Source: Malacoraja senta | Taxonomy: Eukaryota | DNA: 64,000 bases | NCBI GenBank assembly: GCA_038087875.1 | Contig: CM075990.1 | Coordinates: 14,820,001 to 14,884,000 of the forward strand | Reading direction: 5' to 3' | Shown: in pieces, positions 13,295-25,859 of the stretch | Layout: every line of letters starts with the position of its first letter | Numbering within the stretch: position 1 is the first letter of the stretch | Notes under the pieces: generated by a model | Told to the model about the DNA's origin: nothing | Database searches by the model: none | The model's input: only the letters and a program-made list of their open reading frames with translations | Made by a program: the position numbers and the translations under genes

Positions 13295-13590
13295 GTACAG
13301 GGCATGGAAATAGGCCCTTCAGCCCATTGAGTTCATGCTGACCATCAAGCAACAATTGCTAACATATTCCATTCTACTCGCATTCTCGTCATCTCCCTTC
13401 TGATTCTGCTGCTTGCCTAAACGCCAGGGGCAAGTTAACCCAACAACCAGCACATCTTTGAGATCTGGGAGGAAGCCAGTGCAGCTGGAGTAAACCCACA
13501 CAGTCACAGACGAACATACAATCGGCACACTGATGCGGAAGAGGTTGGTATTGAACCTGATTGCTGGAGCTGTGCGGCATAGCTTGCAGC
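13295..13590 (-). mobile_element. Degenerate V-SINE
   Basis: ggaaataggcccttcagccc tail, gggaggaagccag..aacccacacagtcacag core, attgaacc B-box remnant. Confidence 0.65.
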
Positions 13591-14024
13591 TCCTCAGTAA
13601 ATGAAGGAGTCCTCATCTGTGTGTGGCCCTGTCCGGACAATTTTCAGGCTTAGGCTTGATGCATGGCACGTTCAACTTCCATCACAAGCATGCTGGATAT
13701 TGACAATTCGCAACATGTGTGATCGTAACCACTCATCTTAATATTCAATGGCAGTGTTACCACTGTCAGTAGAGTAGTAGAATTATGCAACTCTTTGGTT
13801 CACCTGGTTCATGGCAACCTGGATGCCCCATTTTAGCTAATCGCATTTGTCGGCCCTTGAGCCATCATCTTCTCAACCTTCTCCATGTATATTTCCATGT
13901 TGTTATTGTACCTGCTTCAACCATCTCATCTGGCAGCTCATTCCATATACCCACCAACCTCCCATTTTTCCAGATCCTGTGAAATGAATAAACATAAGAA
14001 AAGTAATTGATTGAGAGTCTATGG

Positions 14025-14335
14025 TTAGGTTTATTATTGTCACGCGTACTGAGGTTTGGTATAAAGCTTTGCGTTGCATACTATCCAATCCATTGAGATG
14101 GTACTATTCAAAAACACAATCAGACCAAACTCAAGTACAATAGGTAGAGCAAAGGGAAAGATACAGAGTGCACAAAAAAGCTCTCAGCATTGTAGCGTAA
14201 TCATTCCAGAATCGTAAGTCAAATATCCGCAATGAGGCGGAGGGTGAATCGGACAGTTCTCTAGCTTATGGAAGAAGTGTTCAGAAGCCTGATAAGAGAG
14301 GAAGAATTTATTCTCGAGTCTGGAGGGATGTGCAA
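14025..14335 (-). mobile_element. Rex1-like 3' end
   Basis: gtttattattgtcacgcgtactgagg.. terminus shared with other Rex1 3' ends in the window. Confidence 0.65.
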
Positions 14336-14477
14336 TTGTGCTCAAGGAGTGAGAAAAGTTAGGATAAATGGAATTTATTTTTAAGACGGAAATGTGGCAT
14401 GCCAAGTTCTCCACAAATCTGTACTGAGATCCCAAGCTCCTCACCTTCTTCACATTATCCTTATCTTGGCTGAAGGT

Positions 14478-14897
14478 AGAATTTAGGAGATTGAGAGGGG
14501 ATCTTATAGAAACGTACAAAATTCTTATGGGGTTGGACAGGCTAGATGCAGGAAGATTGTTCCCGATGTTGGGGAAGTCCAGGACAAGGGGTCACAGCTT
14601 AAGGATAAGGGGGAAATCCTTTAGGACCGAGATGAGGAAAAACGTTTTCACACAGAGAGTGGTGAATCTCTGGAACTCTCTGCCACAGAGGGTAGTTGAG
14701 GCCAGTTCATTGGCTATATTTAAGAGGGAGTTAGATGTGGCCCTTGTGGCTAAGGGGATCAGGGGGTATGGAGAGAAGGCAGGTACGGGATACTGAGTTG
14801 GATGATCAGCCATGATCATATTGAATGGCGGTGCAGGCTCGAAGGGCCGAATGGCCTACTCCTGCACCTATTTTCTATGTATCTATGTATCTATGTA
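14478..14897 (+). mobile_element. 5'-truncated young CR1 LINE
   Basis: ORF 14491-14796 RGDLIETYK..TRGH..RVVNLWNSLP; tctatgta-repeat tail. Confidence 0.95.
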
Positions 14898-14899
14898 TA

Positions 14900-15022
14900 G
14901 GTCTGAAGAAGGGTCTGAAGAAACATCACCCACTCCTCCTATTCAGAGATGCTGCCTGTCCCGCTGAGTTACCCCAGAATTTTGTGTCTATCTTCGATCT
15001 AAACCAGCATTCCCTCCTACAC
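14900..15022 (+). mobile_element. Penelope-like 3' end fragment
   Basis: gtctgaagaagggtctgaagaaacatcacc..gctgcctgtcccgctgagtta..cctacac. Confidence 0.8.
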
Positions 15023-15800
15023 GTGAGTTGTTACAAGGTTTCAAGGTCAGTTAATTGTCACATGTACCAATTAAGGTACAGTGAAATTTGAGTTCTGGTT
15101 TGCAAATGGCTTCAGGTTAGGAGACATCGTATGCTGTGCAGTTGGGAGCAGGATGCTGCAAGTTGACATAGATTGAGGGCAAAATGATTGCTGGTGAGTT
15201 CATTGTGAGAAAAAATAATATTTTTCACATTTTCCACCAAGAAAAAATAAAATCTTCCTATTATACGAGGCCTTACATGCAGTCGGGAGCACCAGAGCAC
15301 TTTATGGCCAATTAAGTTCTTTTGACATGTAGTCACCATTGTAATGTGGAAAGATAAATTTTCTTAATTGTAAGATACCATAAACTCGAGAGGAACAGAG
15401 GGATTTGGGTATAAATATGCAGAAAGCATTAAAAGTTAGTGCATAGATACAAAAAGGAATGAACAAGACTTATGGAATATTCATACTTTTTCTGAAGGAG
15501 GCTGGAATAATAAAGTGAAGAAATAATGCTGAAGTTATTATCGTTCATTAGTTTGAATCTTTCAGGATCTTTGGGCATTGCACCACAGTTGGGGAGATAT
15601 GCTGAGGCGACTGGCACATTCCAGGGTGAAGGAGCACGTACTGAGGACCACAGTGAATCTCTTATGATCTTGAAACCAATCACCTGATTTCTGTTTTTAC
15701 CTCTCCATAATAGCTCTCCTCTGAATCTGATGCGGGGTCCTGACCTGAAATGTCAAAACCATCCATAAGTGCTACCTGACTTGCTGAGGATTGTAGCATC

Positions 15801-17306
15801 AAGTCAAGTCAAGTGAGTTTATTGTCATGTGTCCCTGGTAGGACAATGAAATTCTTGCTTTGCTTGAGCACAACAGAACATAGTAGGCATTTACTACAAG
15901 GCATTCTATAAATATATACACAATGGTCAATATACTGATAAAGTGCAAATAACAGTATTGGCTAGTAAAGTTCAGTGTTATGTCCGAGCCAGGTTTAATA
16001 GCCTGATGGCTGTGGGGAAGTAGCTGTTCCTGAACCTGGTCGTTGCAGTCTTCAGGCTCCTGTACCTTCTACCTGAAGGTAGTAGGGAGATGAGTGTGTG
16101 GCCAGGATGGTGTGGGTCCTTGATGATGCTGCCAGCCTTTTTGAGGCAGCGACTGTGGTAGATCCCCTCGATGGAAGGGAGGTCAGAGCCGATGATGGAC
16201 TGGGCAGTGTTTACTACTTTTTGTAGTCTTTTCCTCTCCAGGGCACTCAAGTTGCTGAACCAAGCCACGATGCAACCGGTCAGCATGCTCTCTACTGTGC
16301 ACCTGTAGAAGTTGGAGAGAGTCCTCCTTGACAAACCGACTCTCCGTAATCTTCTCAGGAAGTAGAGGCGCTGATGTGCTTTCTTAATAATGGCATCATT
16401 GTTCTCGGACCAGGAAAGATCTTCAGAGATGTGCACGCCCAGGAATTTGAAGCTCTTGACCCTTTCAACCATCGACCCGTTGATATAAACGGGACTGTGG
16501 GTCCCCATCCTACTCCTTCCAAAGTCCACAATCAGTTCCTTGGTTTTGCTGGTGTTGAGGGCCAGGTTGTTGTGCTGGCACCATATGGACAGTTGCTCGA
16601 TCTCTCTTCTATACTCTGACTCATCCCCATCAGTGATACGTCCCACAACAGTGGTGTCATCAGCGAACTTGATGATGGAGTTCGCACTATGTCCGGCTAC
16701 GCAGTCATGAGTATAGAGTGAGTACAGCAGGGGACTGAGCACGCAGTCTTGAGGTGCTCCCGTGCTAATTGTTATAGAGTCTGACACATTTCCACCAATA
16801 CGAACAGACTGTGGTCTGAGAGTGAGGAAGTCGAGGATCCAATTGCAGAGGGATGCGCAGAGACCCAGTTCTGCGAGTTTGGTAGCCAACTTGGAGGGGA
16901 TGATTGTGTTAAATGCCGAGCTGTAATCGATGAATGACAGCCTGACATATGAGTTTTTGTTGTCCAAGTGGTCCAGAGCGGAGTGGAGGGCCAGCGAGAT
17001 CGCATCCACCGTTGATCTGTTGTGGCAGTAAGCGAACTGCAGTGGGTCCAGGTTTTTGTCGAGGTAGGAGTTGATCTGCGTCATGATCAACCTCTCAAAG
17101 CACTTCATCACCACAGGCGTTAGTGCCACAGGTCGATAGTCATTGAGGCACGTTACCTTACTCTTCTTGGGCACCGGTATAATTGATGCCCTTTTGAAGC
17201 AGGTGGGGACCTCAGAAGTGAGAGGTTGAAAATGTCTGTAAGAACTCCAGCCAGTTGGTCCGCACAGGTTTTTAGAACGCGACCAGGTATACCATCAGGT
17301 CCAGGC
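15801..17306 (-). mobile_element. 5'-truncated Rex1/Babar LINE
   Basis: RT ORF, short 3' UTR, CTTGA-repeat tail; possible GCATC TSD (15796-15800, 17307-17311); inserted within a Penelope-derived fragment. Confidence 0.95.
15978..17174 (-). CDS. Rex1/Babar reverse transcriptase (partial, no endonuclease, probably non-functional)
   Basis: 398-codon open frame with [56 protein letters not shown]. The upstream [11 protein letters not shown] block lies across a frameshift. Confidence 0.85.
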   Translation of the reverse strand: MPKKSKVTCLNDYRPVALTPVVMKCFERLIMTQINSYLDKNLDPLQFAYCHNRSTVDAISLALHSALDHLDNKNSYVRLSFIDYSSAFNTIIPSKLATKLAELGLCASLCNWILDFLTLRPQSVRIGGNVSDSITISTGAPQDCVLSPLLYSLYTHDCVAGHSANSIIKFADDTTVVGRITDGDESEYRREIEQLSIWCQHNNLALNTSKTKELIVDFGRSRMGTHSPVYINGSMVERVKSFKFLGVHISEDLSWSENNDAIIKKAHQRLYFLRRLRRVGLSRRTLSNFYRCTVESMLTGCIVAWFSNLSALERKRLQKVVNTAQSIIGSDLPSIEGIYHSRCLKKAGSIIKDPHHPGHTLISLLPSGRRYRSLKTATTRFRNSYFPTAIRLLNLART

Positions 17307-17334
17307 GCATCTGTAGTCCTGGTGTCTCCATGAT

Positions 17335-17530
17335 AAGGTCATAAGTGATAGGAGTGGAATTAGGTCATTTGGCACATCAAGTCTACTCCACCATTCAATC
17401 CATGGCTGATCTATCTCTCCCTCCTAACCTTCTCCTGCCTTCTCCCCATAACCCCTGACACCCGTACTAATCAAGAATCTATCTATCTCTGCCTTAGAAA
17501 TATCAATTGACTTGGCTCCACAACCTTCTG
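17335..17530 (-). mobile_element. CR1 3' end
   Basis: Reverse complement of the CR1 3' UTR (ccattcaatccatggctgatct..ccttctccccataacccct). Confidence 0.85.
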
Positions 17531-17959
17531 GAACATTCTGCTCAGAGGCAAGTTCTTAGACAAATCATTAATTGTCCAGCCTCATGCTATTTAATTTATG
17601 TGGCAAAGTAGATGCTATTAAATTTAACCATTCAGCTCTTGATCATTAAATTTCTAGGCTTTTTTCTGGCAAAAGGTTTCAACTTTTTGACTTTATACTG
17701 CTTTACCAATATTATATTGGTTATACTTCATTTATAATTGCATGCAGACATGATTGAGGATGATCAAATCATGATTTTATAACTATTACAAAGACCTCTG
17801 GTGGAAAGGTCTACAATAATAGGACATTTAAAAAAAATGAATTAACTGACTCTTGAATGAGGTCAGCATCCACTTTTTACACAGACAGTGCAGTAAAAAT
17901 CTAGAAAACTCCTTCGTGAGAAAACTGGAAGGTGAATCGGTTGAAACTGAGATGGTTTT

Positions 17960-18310
17960 TCATTTAAGTAAAGTGAAATGAGTGAGCAAGAATTCGGCAG
18001 ATGAAGTGAAAATGTTTAGTTTGTGCACTTTGGGTGGAAGGATTAGTAAAGCAAATTATTATGTACACTGAGACTACAAAATGTTCCAAAAGTTCACATA
18101 AGGTGATAATAAGTAATTGGGAAGCTGATGGACAATTAGCCTTTATTGTATGGAGTATAAAAGTCAAAAGGTTTTGATATAATTTTACATAGGTCAGATG
18201 AGACTGCACCCAGAGTACTGTGTAGGTATGTTTTGGGTCACCATTTATAAGGAAGTATGTCCTTGAGTTTGAGGCAGCGTAGGGAAGGATCACTCGGTTG
18301 ATTCCAGAAA
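17960..18310 (+). mobile_element. Old CR1 ORF2 remnant
   Basis: Degenerate HFG, YC..FGSPFIRK and TRLIPEM motifs. Confidence 0.6.
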
Positions 18311-18649
18311 TGAGAAATTCCAGGTCGGGAGAGAGGGAGCTTGGTCCAGGAAGCTGCCGATGTTGCACTCTTCCCTTGTGTAAATGACACATGTCCAACT
18401 TCATCAGTGTATTACGACTTCATTCAATCGGAAAAGGGAAAAAGTCAGATTAGATTAACATAGAATTCGGTAAGTGGAAGGGTGAGCAGCTGAGCCAAGA
18501 TGGAAGAAAGAAAATAACACCAAGGGCCTTTTAAAAATAAAAGTGATCACACTGGCACAAATGTATTTCATGCCAACAGGCTAATTTTTTGCGATTAGAA
18601 CCTCTTGAATAGACGGTAAATAGGGTCACAAAGTTGTTATGTTGAATGG

Positions 18650-18830
18650 AGACACAAGGAACTGCAGGCACTGAAATCTTGAGCAAAACACAGTGCTGGA
18701 GGAACTCAGCAAGTCAGACAGCATCTGTGGTGGGAATAGACAGAAAATGTTTCAGGATGAGACTTCTTCAGACTGATTTGTAGTAGGTGGGGGAATAGGC
18801 TGGTAAGGTGAGGTGGTGACGAGACAAAGT
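18650..18830 (-). mobile_element. Degenerate Penelope-like 3' end
   Basis: gacacaaggaactgcagg..gctggaggaactcagc..cttcttcagactgat. Confidence 0.7.
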
Positions 18831-18864
18831 ATAGCAAGTCTTTTAGGCTGAATGGCTTATTTCT

Positions 18865-18910
18865 GCGGTGGGAGATTGCAACCTTCACGTGGTCCACCCT
18901 GAATGCAACC
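18865..18910 (+). ncRNA. HDV-like ribozyme, degenerate (8-nt deletion removes the predicted catalytic C)
   Basis: P1 GCGGTGG/CCACCCT, P2 GATTGCA/TGCAACC, P3 ACC/GGT, L3 TTCACGT. Confidence 0.7.
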
Positions 18911-18996
18911 AACCTGGCGCGCACAAACAGAAGATCAAACAGAACAAGTTGTCTTACAACTTTAGGCTGTGCACGCCACACGCAAGAAGAGAAGAA
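18865..18996 (+). mobile_element. Short non-autonomous retroposon with 5' HDV-like ribozyme and AAG-repeat tail (copy 1)
   Basis: Homologous end-to-end to 36714-36853 (-); TSD gcttatttct (18855-18864) / gcttaattct (18997-19006). Confidence 0.85.
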
Positions 18997-19051
18997 GCTT
19001 AATTCTTTCTTGTAACCTCTACATCTTTCCATGTTTTTCTAAAACAAATCC

Positions 19052-19640
19052 ATAAGATCATGTCATAAGATCATAAGTGATAGGAGTAGAGTTAGGCCAT
19101 TCGGCCCATCAAGTCTACTCCAACATTCAATCATGGCTGATCTATCTCTCCCTCCTAACCCCATTCTCTGACATTCTCCCCACAACCTCTGACACCCATA
19201 CTAATCAAGAATCTATCTCTGACAGCCTTAAATATACCCACTGACTTGGCCTACACAGTCTTCTGTGGCAAAGAATTCCACAGATTCACCACCCTCTGAC
19301 TAAATACATTTCTTCTCACCTCCTTCCGAAAATAACGTCCTTTAATTCTGTGGCTATGACCTCCAGTCCTAGACTCTCCCACTAGTGGAAACATCCTCTC
19401 CACATCTACTCTATCCAAGTCTTTCACTATTCTGTACGTTTCAATGAGGTCCCCCGTAAATCTTCTAAACTCCAGCGAATATAGGTGCCGTCAAACGCTC
19501 ATAATATGTTAACCTATTCATTCCTGGGATCATTCTTGTAAATCTCCTCTGGACCCTCTCCAGAGCCTTCCTCAGATATGCTGCCCAAAATTGCTCACAA
19601 TATTCCAAATGCAGCCTGACCAGCGCCTTATAGAGCCTTA
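19052..19640 (-). mobile_element. 5'-truncated CR1 LINE
   Basis: Reverse-strand CR1 ORF2 C-terminus and 3' UTR with cataagat-type tail. Confidence 0.9.
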
Positions 19641-20264
19641 GCCTTATAAGTCTGAAGACAGCGATTCCTTCAGTTGGCAGGATGTACTTTCCTTGTACAA
19701 TTTCCCCATAATATTTACCACGATTTAATTACATACAATATCCCATCCAATATAAAATTTGTTGGAAACAATTTGAATGTTTGAGTTAGAATAATAAATT
19801 AACCGTGCTTGTTCAACAAATTTCAGGGAGTGTTTAGCACTATATTTGACCAGAGGCAAATCTGAGGCTTAATGTCTATAATTTTGACCATCATCACCTA
19901 ATTATAACCCTGCGCTGCACTCTGATTTATTTTACTAATGTGGATATCAAACATGCCTGTATGCTTCTGCCTTATTTGCATTCTTAATTGCGAAGGATAT
20001 GAAAGTAACATTTATCTTCTCTGCTTCTTGTCAAGTGCTGTGACTACTTGGAGCATGACTCTGTTGCTGTGACTAGTGGATGGCATTCTTGAATGGCAAA
20101 TTGTTTAGATGCTGGGATATAGAGCCAAAGAACTGCACAGCATTGAAACAGGACCTTCTGCCCACCTTGTCCATGCTAACTAAGTTGGTTTACTGGGCTG
20201 GAACTATTTGCCTGCATTAGACCCTTCCTATCTGTATATCTGATTGAACAAACATATTCCCAAG

Positions 20265-20772
20265 GAATGATGTCAGGATCCATCACAGCTCGGTTTAGGA
20301 ACAGCTCCATCCAAGAGCGCAAGAAATTGCAACGAATTGTGGACGCAGCCCAGAACATCACACAAACCATCCTTCCTTCTATTGACTTCATTTATACCTC
20401 ACGCTGCCTCGGCAAGGCCAGCAGCATAGTCATGAACGAGTCACATCCCGACCACTCCCTTGTCACCCCTCTCCATCAGGCAAAATGTACAGGAGTGTGA
20501 AAACGCACACCTCCAGATTGAGGGACTGTTTCTTCCCAGCTGTTATCAGGCAACTGAATCATCGTAGCACAGCCAGAGAGCAGTGCTGAACAACTGTCTA
20601 CCTCTATGGTGACCCTCGGACTATCCTTGATTGGACTTTGCTGGATTTACCTTAATCTATACACTGTAAATGGATCAATTGTAATCATGTATTATCTTTC
20701 TGCTAACTGGTTAGCACACAACAAAAGCTTTTCACTACAACTCGGTACATGTGACAATATGCTAAACTGAAT
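20265..20772 (+). mobile_element. Rex1-like 3' fragment
   Basis: RKKLQRIVDAAQNI..YTSRCLGKASSI..HPDH homologous to the Rex1 C-terminus; 3' UTR ends gtacatgtgacaata. Confidence 0.85.
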
Positions 20773-20966
20773 AGAAAGTCCCAATTTTCATTTAATGAGT
20801 TTGGGAGATGGCTAATATGACTACCATTTTTGGATAGGAGTTTTATTTTGGGTGGTAGTAATGCCCCCATTTATTTAAGATCAAAATAATAATTCAAAGA
20901 AATTTGATGTACATTCCTGGGATTATCAGGTTATGTAGAGCAGAGTGCAGTGGTTTGAATGTCAAA

Positions 20967-21377
20967 GATAGACACAAAATGCTGGAATACCTCATGTAGC
21001 ATCTCTGGAGAGAAGGAATGGGTGACGTTTCAGATCGAGACTCTTCTTTACTTCTCACTTTTGTAGTTTTGATAGTCTATCTTCAGCACACCTAGGAACC
21101 ACATTTAACCAGGGTCTACATGAACAAATGTGTTCCCAGTGCACAAACCCAATCGTGTTCAATAGTCTACAACACACTTTGATTTGGCAAGGGGATGCTT
21201 CAACCCATTCAAGAATATCCTTTGTTGCCAAGTTTTTCAAATTGTTTAACTTAAGTCTCGACCAGAAATGTCACCCATTCCTTCTCTCCAGAGATGCTGC
21301 CTGCCCCGCTAAATTACTCCAGCTTTTTGTGTCTATCTTCGGTTTAAACCAGCATCTGCAGTTCCTTCTTACACAGA
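20967..21377. mobile_element. Palindromic Penelope-derived element with captured genomic spacer
   Basis: Inverted arm 20967-21050, direct arm ~21254-21377; 12-bp TSD ttgaatgtcaaa (20955-20966, 21378-21389). Confidence 0.88.
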
Positions 21378-22092
21378 TTGAATGTCAAATTTGGTCTGAC
21401 CTGCCCTGCTACAGGCGATGGACAGTTCCCCCAGTAGGACATGCTTGTGATGTTTCTTACTGGAATATAACAATTTTCTTTATTAGCTTGAATAGTGGTC
21501 AGGTGAAAACTAAATTTCAGATGTATGAAAATTGACAAAATCGCATTACATCTCGTTTATAGGCTTAATATGCCTTTGAAAGCTCATTTAGATGTCATGC
21601 AAGAAAGTACGGCATTTTCAGGGTAGTTTAGAACAAGACCACTTATGAATAAGGGACGGCCTCATCAACTCTACAGATTTCTCTTGATTGCAGTTTGAAG
21701 GTTACAAAACATCACAGTCTCTGGAGGAAGAATAAATTACTAATAACAACTTTGTATTTAACGTTGATATCTTAAAATTCACAGTGGCTGTGATGGTTTT
21801 GATGCCAACCCAAGCCTGAAACCTGGCCATTTGTTTTAAAGATTACTGTATAAACCGAGAGTATAATTGGCTGTTTCTGGCTTTAACTAACCTCATTTTT
21901 GTAGTTTTGGTTGGTGTCTCTATAGTCGGTTATCGTCAGCAAACCTAGGAACTCCACATTTAACCAGGGTCTACATGAACAAATGTATTCCCAGTGCACA
22001 AACCCAATCGTGTTCAATAGTCTACAACACACTTTGGTTTGGCAAGGTGATGCTTCAACCCATTCAAGAATATCCTTTATTGCCAAGTTTTT
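21054..22092 (+). repeat. Local direct duplication: 21054-21237 versus 21892-22092
   Basis: Shared ccacatttaaccagggtctacatgaacaaatg..cccattcaagaatatccttt..tgccaagttttt with few differences. Confidence 0.95.
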
Positions 22093-23105
22093 AATTTCAC
22101 ATGCCCTCTTTATAACCTAGTAAAAAATATGTTCCTTACATCCCTTCATCTGCAAAATTAATTGCTTCCGTTCTGAGTCCAGCCGCATAATAAATCTTCC
22201 ATTTGGTGTCCAACCACTGGTTTCAAACTAACAAGGTCTACAATGGCAACCTCTGATAGCAGAATGAGTAATAAAATACATCTCGAGTACATTTTGTTCA
22301 AATAGGAATAAAAGTCAATTCAGTAACCGTTCACTCTTGTTTACTTGTCTGTTTTGGCATTTGCAATTTAATCATTGCTTTGAAACATTACTAACTCTTT
22401 ACACAGCAGCAGCATGAGTGTGTTGTTGGTCTGGTGCAACTTAAAATTGCAGACAGTCTTACCACCATCCTATGTTTAGTGGTGGGAAGTATTTAGTGTT
22501 TCAGTGAGAAGACCGAAGAATTGAATGTGTTTTTAGAAAGTCAAACTGCAGATGATGGAAATATGAAACAAAAATGTAAAGGCTTTAAGCACATGGGCAA
22601 TCAAATAGTGTGTTGATTGTGACATTTTCTGTTTTTGAATTAAGTATGTGTGGTTATTAAACTTTTGGACATAATGGTGTTACGTGTCGAAAGTACCAAA
22701 GTTAAATTGCATATTAATTTGTGTTAAACTTGAGGAAACTATTGGAGGTCGTGACAGGTAAAGTGGGAAAGAATGCTCCTTATCTTGAGCAGGATTTCCA
22801 TCTTACCATGTACTTGTATAGCACCCTGAGATAAAAATGCTCCATCATAATTGTACTGAAATGAAAGTAGAGGGCAACATGCAAAGAAAATAGCCAATTT
22901 TAGTATTTTGTTCAAAACACTAAAAAATAGTTTTGCGTAGTTGGGTTTGTTTTATGATTGGTGTGACATTTTGAAGGAGAAAAGACCCAGTTTTCTTTCC
23001 TCTCCTCCTTATTTATCCATTGAGGGATCAACTGCTTGCCCACACTTCAAACATAGTCTGTGATAAATTATTGACATCCATAACATCATTAAATTATGTA
23101 ACAGT

Positions 23106-23235
23106 AGACACAGGAAACTGCAGATGCTGGAATCTGGAGCAAAAAAACAAAGCACTGAGGTAACTCGGCGGTTCAGGCAGCATCTCTGTAGAACCTAGAT
23201 AGGCAATGTTTCGGGTCGGGATCCTTCTTCAGACA
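23106..23235 (-). mobile_element. Penelope-like 3' end
   Basis: aactgcagatgctggaatc..gcagcatctct..tttcgggtcgggatccttcttcagac. Confidence 0.8.
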
Positions 23236-25859
23236 GATATATGTCTCGGTTGTTTAAGAAGCAGAGTTGATTGGCCACACATCATATGATGTCATAGAAG
23301 TGACCAGTAGAAATTTTAAATGAACTCTTCCAAATAAGCTTTCTCTTGCTTGGCTTTAACTTTGAGGCCCAAGAATGTATTTCATGCTTCTCTAGAGTAA
23401 AATGCTTGTTATTCATGTGTTACCCCTGTCCTGTCATTTGGAGCTGTATGCTTTGGGATGCTAAAAACAAGTGCATTTATGTTTAAGTATCTTTTGAAAA
23501 AAAGCTCCGCTCATTTACTACGTCTGAGCTCTGTTGAGAAGATTGGCACAGTAATCCAACAATAGCAGGCTGTATCTTTCTCGAATTGGTACAAAATGGA
23601 ACGGTGTGGATATTTTTCAATTCATTCTTTTTAATCTTTAAATAAAACGATTGATAGCCTGTTGGCAAGAAAATGGGCTCTGAATCTTATTCAAAAGTTG
23701 TATGGGAATGGTGGTTGGAATTTGGCAGGAAGCAACCAAATCTCTTACAGTGTGTGCTGTCAAGGGAAGCTTTTGCTGAGTTACCTGCTGGGTCCAAGGT
23801 CTTTTATGCTGTTGTTGTGACAGGTAGATTTATAAGGCTTGAAATTTGTACAAATCAGTTGTCATTCACGGCAAGCTGTCAATGTGTCAGGCTGTCACAC
23901 CCGCTGTGAGTGGATGCCTGAGGGGGTGTATGAAGGGGCAACTGCAGAGAGAGAAAATGAGTTCAAAACAGATCTGAAACAGAACTCAATTCTATGGGCT
24001 TTTTTTCCCCTGTAGAGCAAGCATTGATTTTTCTTGATGTTGAGCAACAGCAAACCTGAAATGACATGTTGTTCACTATATAAGTTGCTGCTTATTGTCT
24101 TTTAAATGGCATCAAATCATGCAGAAAAGAATTTTGAGTGTATTTTTGTTCGCAGAATTGTGCATGTTTAACACAATCCTGTCCTTGTCACTTTTCTGGG
24201 CCTGTTTCTGTAGAGTAGCATGCTGTTATATTGAGTGTGCCTATCCCCCAATTCTGCTAAGTATAATGTGAAGGAAAGTTTTTATATTTCACTGAAAGGT
24301 TTGAGGTTTTGGGCTGCTAGGATATGTAGGATTAAACTTGCCTTTGACAGGGTAAGGCATGAGTAACAGATAACCTGGCTTGCATCCAGCTTTTTGCATC
24401 TTACACATCTGGGTTTGTATCCCTGGCTTAATTAGTCATATCATTCCTGCCCAGTGGCTGATCCATCATCTATCACGCAGGGAAAATGGCAGGGGAAAGA
24501 AAGTGGGAAGGTGACACATGAGCAACAGTAACAACCATGAGATAAAAAATTGATCAAAGATCTGTGTTTCCACATAGCCATTACCAATTGGCACTCGTGG
24601 TCTCCGAGCCTTTGAGCTAAAAAGTCTACAGAGAGGTTTGCAGCGCAGCTGAGTTTGTCTTGTAAAAGTGCAGCTGTCCAAGACATGACAGCTACAGCAT
24701 TAGCAGGGCCATTAAGAGGTGTAGAACATTTCCAGGGAAATGATTTGAAAAATGACAATGCAGACTCCAGCATGATATTAATTATACCATGTACTCATGG
24801 CAAATAAGCTAAAATAGTTGGCAGGAAAGACAAAGTGAGTTGTCTTGTTGTTTCAGTTGCTCCTTTTGATCACAAGTAGTTCCTACCAGGTACACGTGTC
24901 CCTGAAGAGCAAACCATGCGAGATATAATTTAGCGTTCAAGTTCAAAGGAGAGAATATGAGAGGGGACATTGCAGAACAAAATAAGAATCACTGAACTTT
25001 CATATTGCAATGTTAAGGAGGTGTCAGGGGATGATTTTTTCTTTACAAGTCCCCATCAAGCCACTGCACTCAGTAAATGCTATCTGCTTATTGATTTTGC
25101 AGTGGTGATCTGTTAACTTTCATTGATACAACAAAATAATTGCAATTCTGAGGGAAAGGTTTTCAGCCTGTTTCTCTCTCCACAGATGCTGCCTGACCTG
25201 CTGAATATTTCAAATATTTTCTGTTTTTTCAGATTTCCAGCATTTGTGGATTTTTGATTTATGATTAAAGTGACATGAATCTCTTATTTTTAAGGAAGGA
25301 GTGTAGAATTGATAATGGAATTCTGTATTTAAAGCCCCACAGATGTAGCAGCTTAAATTGGTTTTTAATTCTTATCACAACAATTTCATTAAAGTGAAAA
25401 TGAATTTCTAATGGACTTATAGCAAATTGGATAGATTTTAAAGGGAGAGTTTTACAATATTTTAATTTGTTTACAAATAATTAAAGGAAATTATTAATTA
25501 GTAGATTGCATCCACTTATCAAGTCAAACCTTATCATGAGAAAGATGGTGCATTTTTTTGGCATTTATTTCTTGTTAAATTATAATGTATGACAAACCTC
25601 TTTGTGTGGAAGCATTGATGTATTCAAAAACACACTTAAAAATTCTAATAGCCATTTAATTATTAGAAATAGCAAATTTAGTTTTAAATACAATAATTGA
25701 TTATGAAATGTATTATGAAATATGCATTTTATGAATAATAGCATTTATTCATAAAATACAAATCCATAGAATGCTAAAACCATCCCATAATTGTGAAATT
25801 TCATTCCGTAAAGATTGAATACGTTTTGGTTCTCGTGTTGTAATTCGAATCATTCGAGT

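Noticed and set aside
25728..25756. AT-rich inverted repeat tttatgaata/tattcataaa
   Set aside because: Short and low complexity; expected by chance in very AT-rich DNA.
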